Shown here: piece after piece, positions 19,301 to 29,552 of the stretch
Numbering within the stretch: position 1 is the stretch's first letter
Layout: each line of letters starts with the position of its first letter
Made by a program: the position numbers and the translations under genes
Source: an uncultured Candidatus Saccharibacteria bacterium
Lineage (GTDB): Bacteria; Patescibacteriota; Minisyncoccia; UBA6257; Colwellbacteraceae
Reading direction: 5' to 3'
Length of the DNA stretch: 64,000 bases
Assembly (NCBI GenBank): GCA_964559765.1
Contig: CAZLHU010000002.1
Location: 10,075-74,074 of the forward strand
Notes under the pieces: model-generated
What the model was told of the DNA's origin: nothing
The model's input: the letters and a program-made list of their open reading frames with translations, nothing else
Databases searched by the model: none

Positions 19301-20492
19301 AGCTCACTAATTTTACGTTTTTGCTATTTCTCTTTTTGACCTCCACCTTGCTGCCGGTCTTTTCGCTGACAACCAACCGGTAAGGTATGCCGATGAGATC
19401 GGCGTCGGCGAACTTTTCGCCGGCCGAAACCTCTCTGTCGTCGTAGAGTACATCATCCCCCTTGGCCTGTAAACGCTTGTATAGATCGCGGCCCATGCCC
19501 TTCTTAAGCTCTATCAGGTGGAAACGGAACGGAGCCACGCTCTCTGGCCAGATTACCCCGCGGTCGTCATGGAAAAGCTCGACGATAGTCCCCATCAGAC
19601 GGGTTATTCCGGTTCCGTAGCAACCCATTATCACATCGTTCATATTGCCACGCTCGTCACGATACGCCAGGCCGAAAGGAGTGGAATACTTAGTCTTCAA
19701 CTTGAATATATTGCCTACCTCAATAGCTTTCTCCTCCCTCAGCTTAGCGTTTCCACACTGAGGACAGGTGCTCTGTTCGGCGATTATTTCTTTATTGATC
19801 CCGATCTTGCACTTGTCGCATATATAGATAGTGTCCTCGCCCGCCGCAGCGACCGTTTGAAACTCATGTGAGAACTTAGAGAACGATCCGCCGGAAGCGA
19901 GGGTTATGTACGTGCTGTCGCCTATACCAAGCCGCTTGTATATCCTTACGTAGGCTTTCTTGGCCAGTTCGTAATATTTATCCAAATCCTTCTCATTCAT
20001 ATGGAACGAATACAGGTCCTTCATCAAGAACTCCCTGCCGCGAAGAAGCCCGGACTTGGATCTTGCCTCGTCGCGAAACTTGTTCTGGAACTGGAATACG
20101 TGTCTGGGCAGATCTTTATAAGAAAGGATGAACTTCTTGAGCAACGGCGAAACCACCTCTTCATGGGTCGGCCCCAATGCATAATCTATCTTCGAATAGT
20201 GGCTCGTGAATTTGAATAGATTGTCCAAGCTTTCCCAGCGTCCCGTCTTCTCCCAATTGGCTTTAGGCTGCAATGCGGGCATAGCCACTTCATTGGCACC
20301 CAACTTAACCATCTCCTCCCGGACAATGCGCTCGATATTGTTTCGCACTATGAGCCCAAGAGGCAGCATGGTATACGCGCCAGCCATGAGCTTGTCGACG
20401 AAACCTGCCCTGATGAGAAGCTGCGCGTTTACCGCATCTTCATCCTTGGGCGCATCGCGCAAAGTTTTGGTGAATAGTTCGCTCTGTTTCAT
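19275..20492 (-). CDS. proS: Proline--tRNA ligase (class II, short form without editing domain)
   Basis: Class II motifs, GCYGTGITRLMG, C-terminal anticodon-binding region. 405 aa. Confidence 0.8.
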   Translation of the reverse strand: MKQSELFTKTLRDAPKDEDAVNAQLLIRAGFVDKLMAGAYTMLPLGLIVRNNIERIVREEMVKLGANEVAMPALQPKANWEKTGRWESLDNLFKFTSHYSKIDYALGPTHEEVVSPLLKKFILSYKDLPRHVFQFQNKFRDEARSKSGLLRGREFLMKDLYSFHMNEKDLDKYYELAKKAYVRIYKRLGIGDSTYITLASGGSFSKFSHEFQTVAAAGEDTIYICDKCKIGINKEIIAEQSTCPQCGNAKLREEKAIEVGNIFKLKTKYSTPFGLAYRDERGNMNDVIMGCYGTGITRLMGTIVELFHDDRGVIWPESVAPFRFHLIELKKGMGRDLYKRLQAKGDDVLYDDREVSAGEKFADADLIGIPYRLVVSEKTGSKVEVKKRNSKNVKLVSYGTVSKLL

Positions 20493-21536
20493 CTATAGAA
20501 GTTTGCTTATATCCCTTATGGTAATAAGGACCATTAAAAATAGCAAAAGAGTTATGCCGACGCCGTTGATCCACGCCTCTACCTTTGGATTGATCTTCCG
20601 ACGGATTACTTTTTCTATGCCAATCATAAGTATCCTGCCTCCATCCAATGCCGGAAAAGGCACAATATTGATCACAGCCAGATTGATCGATATCAGGCCC
20701 AGCAAATAGAGCAGATACGGTATTCCTTGCTGAGTGGCTTGGCCAATGACCGAGAAGATGCCGACCGGACCCGTCACTCCGGACAGGACGGCCCAATGGG
20801 CCGTGAATAGGCCCACTATTAGGCTCCAAAAAGTAACGGCTATCAAAATCGTCACCTCCCAGACGACCTTGGCTCCGTCTACCAAAGCACTGAAAACATT
20901 CTCCCTGGCCACGCCTCCGTCACCTATCACGACCCCTATATGACCTTGGCCAGCGGGAGGATTGCTGCGGGGCGACGCGGTCACATCGACGGTCTTTCCC
21001 GCACGGACCACCTCGAAAGATACCGGGTGCCCCAGATTGTTATCTATGAAAGAATTGAACCCGTCGGGCGTGGTGAAATTTAGAATCTGGTCGCCGGGCA
21101 TAAGGCCTGCCGCCGCTGCGGGGCTGTTCGGCTGTACAGCGGTTATCACTACTGTGGATGGTATGCCCACCATGAACACGATCGAGAATACCACCCAAGC
21201 TATGAGTAGATTCATCACTATTCCAGCCACGACTATCAGTGCCCTTTTCCAAGCGGGCAGATCCTGAAAGCTGCGTAATGTAGTGCCCGGTTCTGTCTCG
21301 GGCTTTGGCGCGTTCGGATCGCTCTCGCCGTATATGCTCACGAAGCCCCCGAACGGCAGGGCGTTCAGACTGTATTCCGTGCCCTTGAAACGCTTGGATA
21401 CGATCTTGGGCGGAAAGCCAAAGCCGAACTCCGTGACTGTGGCCCCCATAAGCTTGGCCACTATGAAATGGCCGAACTCATGGCCGATAACCAAAACGAG
21501 AATGAATATTATCGTCGCTATTATGGTGAGCAGCAT
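20493..21536 (-). CDS. rseP: RIP metalloprotease RseP (site-2 protease, M50, PDZ-containing)
   Basis: HEFGH in the first TM, internal PDZ region, C-terminal LDGG. Confidence 0.85.
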   Translation of the reverse strand: MLLTIIATIIFILVLVIGHEFGHFIVAKLMGATVTEFGFGFPPKIVSKRFKGTEYSLNALPFGGFVSIYGESDPNAPKPETEPGTTLRSFQDLPAWKRALIVVAGIVMNLLIAWVVFSIVFMVGIPSTVVITAVQPNSPAAAAGLMPGDQILNFTTPDGFNSFIDNNLGHPVSFEVVRAGKTVDVTASPRSNPPAGQGHIGVVIGDGGVARENVFSALVDGAKVVWEVTILIAVTFWSLIVGLFTAHWAVLSGVTGPVGIFSVIGQATQQGIPYLLYLLGLISINLAVINIVPFPALDGGRILMIGIEKVIRRKINPKVEAWINGVGITLLLFLMVLITIRDISKLL

Positions 21537-21537
21537 T

Positions 21538-22071
21538 CTAACCCGAGATCTCGTTCAGCTTGTCCTTCAGCATCGTATCGAGAGCTCCGTTAAAGTTATC
21601 AACCAATTTCTGCATGCTCTCCTTGGAGCGGAACTTAACATCCTTGTCGGTCTCGGTGTTGAGGCTCTTATTTGCGGTGTCGCGTTCGACCCGCATTTTT
21701 ATCCTCGCCTCTTCGATCGATGACCTTATCAGTTTTTCCAGTTCCCTGCGCCGCTCCTCTGTAAGCTCCGGTATGCGAACCCGTATGACGTTGCCTTGGG
21801 GCGAAACGCTCAATCCCATGTTCTCGGACTCTATGGCCTTGGCCACCGTCGGAATGCTGTTCTTGTCCCAGACGGATATGACCAAATCTCTCGGCGGTTC
21901 GATGGAAATCGAGCCGAGCTGCTTAACGAGCATCGACTGGTCCATGTAAATCACTTTTATGTTCTCGATCAGTTTTGGCGTCGGTCGATTGGTCCTATAA
22001 GAAGACAACTCCTCCTTAAGGGCATTCGTTATCTCGGTGAATCTTCTTTCCAAGTCTTTTAGATAGTCCAT
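21538..22071 (-). CDS. frr: Ribosome recycling factor
   Basis: 177 aa with typical RRF hairpin arms (VIRVRIPELTEERRRELEKL). Confidence 0.85.
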   Translation of the reverse strand: MDYLKDLERRFTEITNALKEELSSYRTNRPTPKLIENIKVIYMDQSMLVKQLGSISIEPPRDLVISVWDKNSIPTVAKAIESENMGLSVSPQGNVIRVRIPELTEERRRELEKLIRSSIEEARIKMRVERDTANKSLNTETDKDVKFRSKESMQKLVDNFNGALDTMLKDKLNEISG

Positions 22072-22958
22072 AGTGCTGCTTCTAATTGAATTCTTTTGTT
22101 TGTATTAAATAGTCCGTTTAACGTGGTTCGCTTGAGGAGCTCCTTGATCGCGGTGAGATTGCGTTCCGGACTGCGGGCCAACTCGGCGATCATCTCCCTG
22201 ACTATGCCGTTGAGCCTCTCCGGCTCATCCAGTGCGTCGGTAAGCAGTTTACGTGCCACCGCCCTATCTCTCAACCCCCTCAGCGCCTCCTTTCTCAAAT
22301 CGGTCTCGCCGCCAAGGGCCAGCTGCAGCGCCCGGCCCATCCTGCCGAATGAATTCTTGGCCACATCCGCCGCGGCTTTCTCTTCGATACTCCAGACGGA
22401 CTTCAGGTATCCAGATATTTTCTCCTCCGAAAGCCTCGGGAAATAGATCTTATGGAAACGGGACCGCAGCGTCGGCAGGAGATTCTCGGGGCTGTCGACT
22501 ATGAGTATGAGCAGCCCGTGGGCCGGCGGCTCCTCCGAGACTTTGAGCAGCGCATTCTGGGCCTGGTCGGTCAAGCTGTCGGCCCCGTCGACGATGACAG
22601 TTCGATAAGCCGATGCCGACGGCTGCTCCGACAGGAAATACTTCATGTCCCGGATGGTGTCTATCCCTATGCTTTCCTTGTCCTTGGCAGCAGCGATGAC
22701 TATGGTCTCGCTGCGCGGTATCTTGGACTCTTCCAGATTTCCGAACTCTAGATAGTTGGCCAAACGGTCCGCAAACGTAAACTTACCCACGCTGGACTCT
22801 CCGAAGAAGATATAGCTTTGGAACAGCCTCCGCTCGTCGGCCATCTTAACGAACAGATCCATAAGATCGTCGTAGCCGACAAAGCTGCCCGTATGGCCAG
22901 GCTCTTTGGCTACCTCACGCTTTTTACCTCTTGTTGAGGAGCGTTCGCTTGTAGACAT
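22059..22958 (-). CDS. holB: DNA polymerase III delta-prime subunit (AAA+ clamp-loader family)
   Basis: P-loop-like GESSVGKFTFA, SRFHKIYFPRL sensor region, about 300 aa. Confidence 0.65.
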   Translation of the reverse strand: MSTSERSSTRGKKREVAKEPGHTGSFVGYDDLMDLFVKMADERRLFQSYIFFGESSVGKFTFADRLANYLEFGNLEESKIPRSETIVIAAAKDKESIGIDTIRDMKYFLSEQPSASAYRTVIVDGADSLTDQAQNALLKVSEEPPAHGLLILIVDSPENLLPTLRSRFHKIYFPRLSEEKISGYLKSVWSIEEKAAADVAKNSFGRMGRALQLALGGETDLRKEALRGLRDRAVARKLLTDALDEPERLNGIVREMIAELARSPERNLTAIKELLKRTTLNGLFNTNKRIQLEAALWTI

Positions 22959-23931
22959 CTAAATGGTCGATGATTATCCCGGAACCTTTGGCTACGCAGA
23001 GAATTGAGTCTTCGGCGATATAAGTTGGCACGTTGAATATTCTTTCGAAGAAGCCGTCGATGTGGCGCAGATTGGCCGTTCCTCCCGATAGTATGATTCC
23101 CTTTTCCATGACGTCCGCAACCAATTCCGGCGGGGTTTCGTTGAACACGTTCTGCACCGAAGCTGCGATGTCGGTAAGATAGGGATTCAAAGCCTCGGCT
23201 ATCTCGTTGGAATTTATGGTCAGATCTTTTGGCAATCCGGTGGCCAAATCGCGCCCGCGGAACTTCACCTCCAGTTTGCTCTTTAGAGGCATAGCCGAAC
23301 CGGCGGATATCTTTATGGCCTCGGCGCTCTGTTCGCCTATGGCCACGCCGTACTTCTTCTTGATGTAGCTCATGATCGCCTCATCGAACTTATTCCCGGC
23401 TACTCGTATGCTGGACCAGCAGACTATGCCGCCCAGAGAGATGACGGCCACCTCCGATGTGCCGCCGCCGATGTTTATGATCATATTTCCGGAAGAAGAG
23501 TTGATGGCTATCCCCGCTCCCAGTGCCGCTAAAAGCGGCTCACGCACGACATAGGCGTTCTTCGCTCCGGCCTCCTGGGCCGCATTGATTACCGCCCTCC
23601 GTTCCGTGGCCGTAATCCCCGCGGGGACTGAAATGACCACGTCCGGCTTGATAAGATTCCACTGGCCAGTCGCCTTGCCTATGAAATATTTGAGCATCGC
23701 CCTGGTGATGTAATAGTCGGCGACGACGCCGTCCTTCAAGGGACGATAGGCGGCTATGTCGCCCGGGGTCCTGCCGATCATGTCCTTAGCTTCGCGTCCG
23801 ACGGCCATGACATGGTTGTCTGGAAGGTTCAGGGCGACGATTGTCGGCTCATTAACCACGAACCCCTTTCCGGGTACGAAAACCACCGTGTTGGTTGTTC
23901 CGAGGTCTATGCCGATTCTGTTTACAAACAT
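22924..23931 (-). CDS. Second MreB/Mbl-like actin homolog
   Basis: IDLGTTNTVVF, DIGGGTSE, LSGGTANL motifs; a paralog of the 18254..19300 gene. Confidence 0.85.
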   Translation of the reverse strand: MFVNRIGIDLGTTNTVVFVPGKGFVVNEPTIVALNLPDNHVMAVGREAKDMIGRTPGDIAAYRPLKDGVVADYYITRAMLKYFIGKATGQWNLIKPDVVISVPAGITATERRAVINAAQEAGAKNAYVVREPLLAALGAGIAINSSSGNMIINIGGGTSEVAVISLGGIVCWSSIRVAGNKFDEAIMSYIKKKYGVAIGEQSAEAIKISAGSAMPLKSKLEVKFRGRDLATGLPKDLTINSNEIAEALNPYLTDIAASVQNVFNETPPELVADVMEKGIILSGGTANLRHIDGFFERIFNVPTYIAEDSILCVAKGSGIIIDHLDVYKRTLLNKR

Positions 23932-23935
23932 TAAT

Positions 23936-25204
23936 TTATTTTCTTTCTATATCCGCTCCCAAGAGCTTCAAACGTTCCTCTATCCGCTCGTATCCTCTGT
24001 CTATTTGCTCTATGCCCCCGAGTGAGCTCTCCCCCTTTGCAACAAGCGCCGCTATGACCAATGTCGCCCCTGCGCGTAAATCCAGGCTTTGAACCGAGGC
24101 TCCATGAAGTTCGGTCGGGCCAGAAATCCGTGCACGATGCGGGTCCAATATCTCTGCCCGTGCACCCATTTTAACTAGCTCGTTAATGTATTTTAGTCTG
24201 CCTTCGTAAAGAGTGTCAAAAATAGAGCTCACCCCCTTGCATTGGGTGGCTAGAACTCCGAACTGCGCCTGTAGATCCGTCGGGAAACCGGGATACGGCA
24301 ATGTCTGCACTCGAGCTGCCTGCAGGCGACTTTTGCCGCCCAATACGAGAACGCTGCTATGGCTCTCTATCTCCAGCACGACCCCGAATTCCTTGAATTT
24401 CTGGATCGGCGACACAAGGAACGGAAGAGGAACTCCCTTAACTCTTATTTTATTCTTAGTGGCCGCCGCTAGAGCTATGAACGTTCCGGCTTCGAGATAA
24501 TCGTTCATTACGCGATAGCGCACCTCCCATCCCTGCTTCTCGATCTTCCACATCACGCTTATGTCGTGCGTCCCAAGTCCCTTGAAGTCGGCGCCCAACA
24601 TGTTCAAAAAGTTGCCCAAGTCTTGGATATGCGGCTCGGCGGCGCAAAGCTCGATTTTCAAAGGAGCCGAAAGCGCCGCCAGCATCATCATGTTCTCGGT
24701 GGCGGTTACGCTGAATTCCTTCAATATCACGCGCTTGCCCCAGCGCTCCTTCGGCCTCTTTATCTCATATATATCTTCTTTGGAATCGTAAGACACGGTG
24801 CCGCCCAAGGATTGGATCGCTTCGAGATGCGCGTCGACCGGACGCACGCCGATCTGACATCCGCCCGGGGTGGCGATAACTACTTTGCCGTACCTTGCGA
24901 GCAATGGTCCGATGATAAGTATGGACGACCTGATCTTGCGCACCAGACTCTGATCGATCTTACTTGGATCTAAATCCTTGTTTATGATCCTTATTTTCCT
25001 CTCGCCCAACCAGACGATATTCGACCCCATACTCTCAAGGATCTGCAGCAGCGTGAAAACATCGTTTATTAATGGCACGTTCTCGATGACGCAAGGACGG
25101 CTGGTCAGAAGGGTCGAGGCTATTATCGGGGTTGCAGCATTCTTGGAACCGCGGACTTCTATCTCTCCTCTCAATTTACGCCCGCCGTTTACAACAAATT
25201 TCAT
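23936..25204 (-). CDS. murA: UDP-N-acetylglucosamine 1-carboxyvinyltransferase
   Basis: NGGRKLRGEIEVRGSKNAA start, catalytic Cys region, 422 aa. Confidence 0.9.
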   Translation of the reverse strand: MKFVVNGGRKLRGEIEVRGSKNAATPIIASTLLTSRPCVIENVPLINDVFTLLQILESMGSNIVWLGERKIRIINKDLDPSKIDQSLVRKIRSSILIIGPLLARYGKVVIATPGGCQIGVRPVDAHLEAIQSLGGTVSYDSKEDIYEIKRPKERWGKRVILKEFSVTATENMMMLAALSAPLKIELCAAEPHIQDLGNFLNMLGADFKGLGTHDISVMWKIEKQGWEVRYRVMNDYLEAGTFIALAAATKNKIRVKGVPLPFLVSPIQKFKEFGVVLEIESHSSVLVLGGKSRLQAARVQTLPYPGFPTDLQAQFGVLATQCKGVSSIFDTLYEGRLKYINELVKMGARAEILDPHRARISGPTELHGASVQSLDLRAGATLVIAALVAKGESSLGGIEQIDRGYERIEERLKLLGADIERK

Positions 25205-25218
25205 CTTGCCTATTATAG

Positions 25219-26547
25219 GTGAGAATGTCCCGCGACACTAGGCGTATTTTATTCTATATATTCCTGATTCTCTTCCTCGTGCTTGGCACTTCGATAGTTT
25301 TGTATTCCCAGGGGTGGCGATTCGACTTCGATACCGGATCATTCCAGATAATCGGGGGTATATATCTGAACAGTACGCCCTCAAACGCCGCAATAAGCCT
25401 AAACGGGAAGCCAGTCCAGAACCAATCCAGCCTGTTGCAGGCTGGCACACTGATATCCGACCTCACCCCGGGCAAATACAAGATTACGGTGAGTGAAAAA
25501 GGCTATTTGCCCTGGACCAAGACCGCCACAGTGATTTCCGGCGGCGCTGCGGTATTCGACAAGATAACTCTGCTACCGAGCAGCGGATCCAAAAAACTGG
25601 ATACTGGGGTGAGCTCATTCTCGCTGGCCGACGGGCAACTGGTTACCGTGGAAAACGGCGGCGTCTCTTTCCAGGACCACTCCATTCCGGGCGCCGAGCT
25701 TGTAGCCACTTCATACGGCGCCGACGTCATCACCAGCAATAAATCCGGAACGACGTATTATCTGGTCGACCTATCTAACTTAGGCTCAAGTCTGAATCTG
25801 ACCGCCTTGCTGGCCAATCTTAGAAGCTCGCGCTTGAAACTGACGAACAGGGTCACGATCGACAAGATAACCTTCAACCCCTTCGACGACTCCAAAGTGA
25901 TCATTAATGCCTCCGACGGTCTTTATATTATGGACACCTCCAATCTATCGATAAGCAAGGTTGCGCCGAAGACAGTGGCAGACTTCACCACAAGTTACGA
26001 CAGACTTTTATGGGTAAACAACAGCGGGATATCGAGCTACAACCTGGTGCTAAATTCATCCACGACCATCGACAGCTTTGCGACCAGAACGGCTATTCTA
26101 CCCGACAAAATCAACATATCTTCCTCTGGGTCATTAATATCTGTGCTCGATAAGTCCGGCAGGTTGTATCTGTTCGGTTCCGCAACACAGATCCCAATCG
26201 TCGTCGCCGACCAGGTCCAGGCATCAAGCTTCTCGCCGGACTCCTTATATCTCGCATTCGGAAAATCTGACGGATCCGTATACGTATACGACATAGACGA
26301 CGACACATATTTCAATCTAGGCATCGGTAACGGCGCGACGATAAACGACATAGAATGGTACAAAGACAGCGCGCATTTATTTGAGCTACAAAACAACGAT
26401 TTGAATTTCATAGAGGTCGCCACGGGCACGCCGGTGAACAGCGATCTTATTTCCAACAATGTCAGCCAATTTAATTACAGCAGCAACGAAGATGCGGTAT
26501 ATTATCTCGCCAACGGAGAAATTTTCAGTTTCGCGATAACCCGGTAA
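25219..26547 (+). CDS. Membrane-anchored PEGA-domain protein with beta-propeller-like C-terminal region (GTG start)
   Basis: TM helix ILFYIFLILFLVLGTSIVLY. PEGA fold AAISLNGKPV..LTPGKYKITVSEKGYLPW..VISGGAAV. The only plus-strand gene in a long minus-strand run. Confidence 0.65.
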   Translation: MRMSRDTRRILFYIFLILFLVLGTSIVLYSQGWRFDFDTGSFQIIGGIYLNSTPSNAAISLNGKPVQNQSSLLQAGTLISDLTPGKYKITVSEKGYLPWTKTATVISGGAAVFDKITLLPSSGSKKLDTGVSSFSLADGQLVTVENGGVSFQDHSIPGAELVATSYGADVITSNKSGTTYYLVDLSNLGSSLNLTALLANLRSSRLKLTNRVTIDKITFNPFDDSKVIINASDGLYIMDTSNLSISKVAPKTVADFTTSYDRLLWVNNSGISSYNLVLNSSTTIDSFATRTAILPDKINISSSGSLISVLDKSGRLYLFGSATQIPIVVADQVQASSFSPDSLYLAFGKSDGSVYVYDIDDDTYFNLGIGNGATINDIEWYKDSAHLFELQNNDLNFIEVATGTPVNSDLISNNVSQFNYSSNEDAVYYLANGEIFSFAITR

Positions 26548-27309
26548 CTAAGCGCTAAGTATCTCCCCTCCCGTCCTTGTGATCAGGACCGTGTGTTCGA
26601 AATGGGCCGATAGACTTCCATCCGCGGTCACAAAACTGTCATCTTTCAATTGATGTATGGCTTGAGTGCCTACGCTCACCATTGGCTCTATGGCTATGAC
26701 CATACCGGTTTTCAGAGGTATGCCGGTATTGGGCTTACCATAGTTATAGATAATGGGGTCCTCATGAAGTTCGTTTCCTACACCGTGTCCGGTCAATCCT
26801 TCAACCACTTTGAATCCAGCCATGCCAACTATGCGCTCTATCGCAAACCCAATATCTCCAACCTTATTGCCGTCCTTGGCTGCGCGAATACCTTCCCGAA
26901 GTGCCTGTTTGGTTATTTTTACAAGGCGCAGCCCTTCACTGCTCACCTTTCCGACGGGGACGGTGATGGCCGAATCGCTTATCCCCCCATTCCAATCCAC
27001 TCCAAAATCAAGCTTAAGTAGATCGCCGGATTTTAATATATATCCCGAAGGGCGACCATGGACGATGGTGTCGTTAACGGAGGCGCAAAGAGCAAAAGGA
27101 AACCTATGACTCTCGCCATAAGAACGGTAGTTCAGGAAAGCAGGCTTGGCGCCAGCATCCTCGGTCAGCTCCTTAGCCATCCGCTCCAACTCAAGCAGAC
27201 TTACACCGACAACAGCCGCCACCGATAATTTCCTTAAAATCGCAGCCGTTATTTTGGACGACTGGCGGATGCGCGAGATCTCCAACTCAGTTTTTATGTA
27301 TGAGCTCAT
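26548..27309 (-). CDS. map: Methionine aminopeptidase type I
   Basis: Pita-bread fold metal ligands (D..D..H..E..E spacing), 253 aa, position after adk. Confidence 0.85.
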   Translation of the reverse strand: MSSYIKTELEISRIRQSSKITAAILRKLSVAAVVGVSLLELERMAKELTEDAGAKPAFLNYRSYGESHRFPFALCASVNDTIVHGRPSGYILKSGDLLKLDFGVDWNGGISDSAITVPVGKVSSEGLRLVKITKQALREGIRAAKDGNKVGDIGFAIERIVGMAGFKVVEGLTGHGVGNELHEDPIIYNYGKPNTGIPLKTGMVIAIEPMVSVGTQAIHQLKDDSFVTADGSLSAHFEHTVLITRTGGEILSA

Positions 27310-27342
27310 TGTATAAATGCTATAAGAATAGACCAGAAGAGT

Positions 27343-27999
27343 CTATATGTGCTTCGAAAGCTTATTGAACACGACTTCAGGAGTGGACGTACCTTTGATA
27401 TTTACGATCTTGTACCCGCGTTTCTTGAGATAGTCGAATATAGGCTTGGTCCTGTCTACGTACTGCTCGAAGCGCCTAACTAAGCTCTCCTTATTATCAA
27501 ATACACGCTTGATCAGCTTTCCCCTGCATATGGGGCAATGCTTGTGTTTGACATCCGGGTCGATCACGACCGCCCCACAGACTGAACATATCCTGCGTGA
27601 GATGTTGCGGTTAACAGCGACATCCTTCGGCACGTCCAGCGAAAAGAATTTTATGTTCTTACGCCCATAAAGCTTCTCCAATAAAGGTATGAGATGCTCG
27701 GCTTCAAACAGAGTCCTGGGCGATCCGCTGAACACAATGTCCTCTCTGGCTTTGGACATCCGAGTCACTTCATCTTTAACAATCTTAAAAACCCAAGAGG
27801 GGGTGTTCAGGTATCCGCCATCAAAGAGCTTGCGCTCTCGGCGGATTATCGGGTTCTTTTGCCTATCAGGATCATGAACAACGTGCTCGAGATATCTACC
27901 CGTATCAAAATGTATGAAGCCTTTATTGTGCTCAAGCAAAGTAGCCTGCATTCCCTTGCCGGAGCCCGGGGAACCATATATAGCAACAGCTTTCATCAA
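27343..27999 (-). CDS. adk: Adenylate kinase (zinc-lid type)
   Basis: P-loop GSPGSGKG, lid CSVCG..HCPICRGK. Confidence 0.9.
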   Translation of the reverse strand: MMKAVAIYGSPGSGKGMQATLLEHNKGFIHFDTGRYLEHVVHDPDRQKNPIIRRERKLFDGGYLNTPSWVFKIVKDEVTRMSKAREDIVFSGSPRTLFEAEHLIPLLEKLYGRKNIKFFSLDVPKDVAVNRNISRRICSVCGAVVIDPDVKHKHCPICRGKLIKRVFDNKESLVRRFEQYVDRTKPIFDYLKKRGYKIVNIKGTSTPEVVFNKLSKHI

Positions 28000-28006
28000 C
28001 TATATA

Positions 28007-29278
28007 TTACCTTATACCTTCGTATTCGCGAACGGTGAGCTGTGAATCAATCTGATCCGCAGAGTCCAGTGCGACGGCCACAACTATAAGGAGTGCGGCT
28101 CCACCGATCGTCAAAGATTGGGTGTTAGTGAAAGCCTGGGTTATAAGAGGAAGCACGGCAATTATTCCCAAGAAGAGTCCGCCGAACAAAGTTATTCTGG
28201 AAGAAACCTTCTTGATGTACTGCGCCGTCGGTTCTCCCGGCCTCAGTCCAGGTACGAATCCACCGCTCTTCTGGAGATTTTTGGCTATTTCGTTCGGATC
28301 GAATGTAATGGCCGTATAGAAAAAGGTGAAGATGAACACAAGCAGGAAATAGGATATGCCGTATAACCAGTGGTTGTTCAGGAATCCGTTTACCGCCCCG
28401 TTTATCACGGTGGCCGCATGGATGGAAAGACCAGCGATTATCTGTCCCAGGAATTGGGGTATGAGCAAAACAGATATTGCGAAAATTATCGGTATCATGC
28501 CCGATTGGTTCACTTTCAACGGAAGATAGGTCGATACGCCCCCGTACACTTTATTGCCGCGGATGCGTTTGGCATAAGATATGGCAATCTTGCGGACGCC
28601 CTCATTCATAAGGACGACCCCTGCAATGACGACCAATCCCAGCACCGCCATCGCTATGTAGGTAGGTAAAGAGCCCGGCGTGTATGTAAGAACTGTGTTC
28701 CTGAAATCGGTAGGTAGTTTCGCCACGATGCCCGCGAATATAAGCAGGGATATTCCGTTTCCTATCTTCTGTTCAGTGATCAACTCACCGAACCAGACCA
28801 TGACAAGAGAACCCGCTGTGGCCACAATGACGCTTACGATCGTCTGTCCAAGACCAAGATTGGTAAGCACCCCTTCCGAGGTCAATAAACGCAAAAATCC
28901 ATAGGACTGCAGTAAGGCCAGAGGGACCGTCAGATAACGCGAGTATCGGTTGAACTTCGCCCTTCCAACTGTTCCTTCCTCGTAATACATGGACTTCAGC
29001 GCGGGGAAAATCATCGTTAAAAGCTGCATTATGATCGTCGAAGTGATGTACGGCCCCAAGCCCAACATCGCGATCGACAAAGTGGATAGCGCCCCTCCTG
29101 AGAAAACACTGAGGAATCCCAACAACTGATTGCCGGCTAAAAGATTCCTTAAAGCGGCCTGTTGCACCCCAGGAATAGGAATTGCAGCCAAAACGCGGGA
29201 ACAAACCAGAAGGCCCGCTACTATCAGCACCTTATTGCGCAGATCCTTTATTTTGAATATGTTAAGAATTCTTCCCAT
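28007..29278 (-). CDS. secY: Preprotein translocase subunit SecY
   Basis: Ten-TM protein, 423 aa, position after rplO. Confidence 0.9.
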   Translation of the reverse strand: MGRILNIFKIKDLRNKVLIVAGLLVCSRVLAAIPIPGVQQAALRNLLAGNQLLGFLSVFSGGALSTLSIAMLGLGPYITSTIIMQLLTMIFPALKSMYYEEGTVGRAKFNRYSRYLTVPLALLQSYGFLRLLTSEGVLTNLGLGQTIVSVIVATAGSLVMVWFGELITEQKIGNGISLLIFAGIVAKLPTDFRNTVLTYTPGSLPTYIAMAVLGLVVIAGVVLMNEGVRKIAISYAKRIRGNKVYGGVSTYLPLKVNQSGMIPIIFAISVLLIPQFLGQIIAGLSIHAATVINGAVNGFLNNHWLYGISYFLLVFIFTFFYTAITFDPNEIAKNLQKSGGFVPGLRPGEPTAQYIKKVSSRITLFGGLFLGIIAVLPLITQAFTNTQSLTIGGAALLIVVAVALDSADQIDSQLTVREYEGIR

Positions 29279-29552
29279 TTGCGGATGATTTCTTTGCCTT
29301 ACCTACGGCACGATGTCCCTTGCGTCGCTTGGCTAAAGCTTTTGCAGTGTTAACATTCGTAGCTATATTGCCGACTCCGCGCAATTTAGGTAAACGCTGT
29401 ATGAAATCCCTCTCCGCTGGACGAATCCTGTGGCCAGCACGGGCGTGCTGTCCCTTGGTCCCCTTTCCAGAAAAAGTTCCACGTTTTCCACCACGGCCAA
29501 CGCGCTTCTTAGACATACCGGAGTGATTTGGCTTGAGTTGATGTAGCTGCAT
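29262..29552 (-). CDS. rplO: 50S ribosomal protein L15 (short form)
   Basis: KPNHSGMSKKRVGRGGKRG..GKGTKGQ motif. Position between rpsE and secY. 96 aa; no L30 gene present. Confidence 0.7.
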   Translation of the reverse strand: MQLHQLKPNHSGMSKKRVGRGGKRGTFSGKGTKGQHARAGHRIRPAERDFIQRLPKLRGVGNIATNVNTAKALAKRRKGHRAVGKAKKSSANGKNS

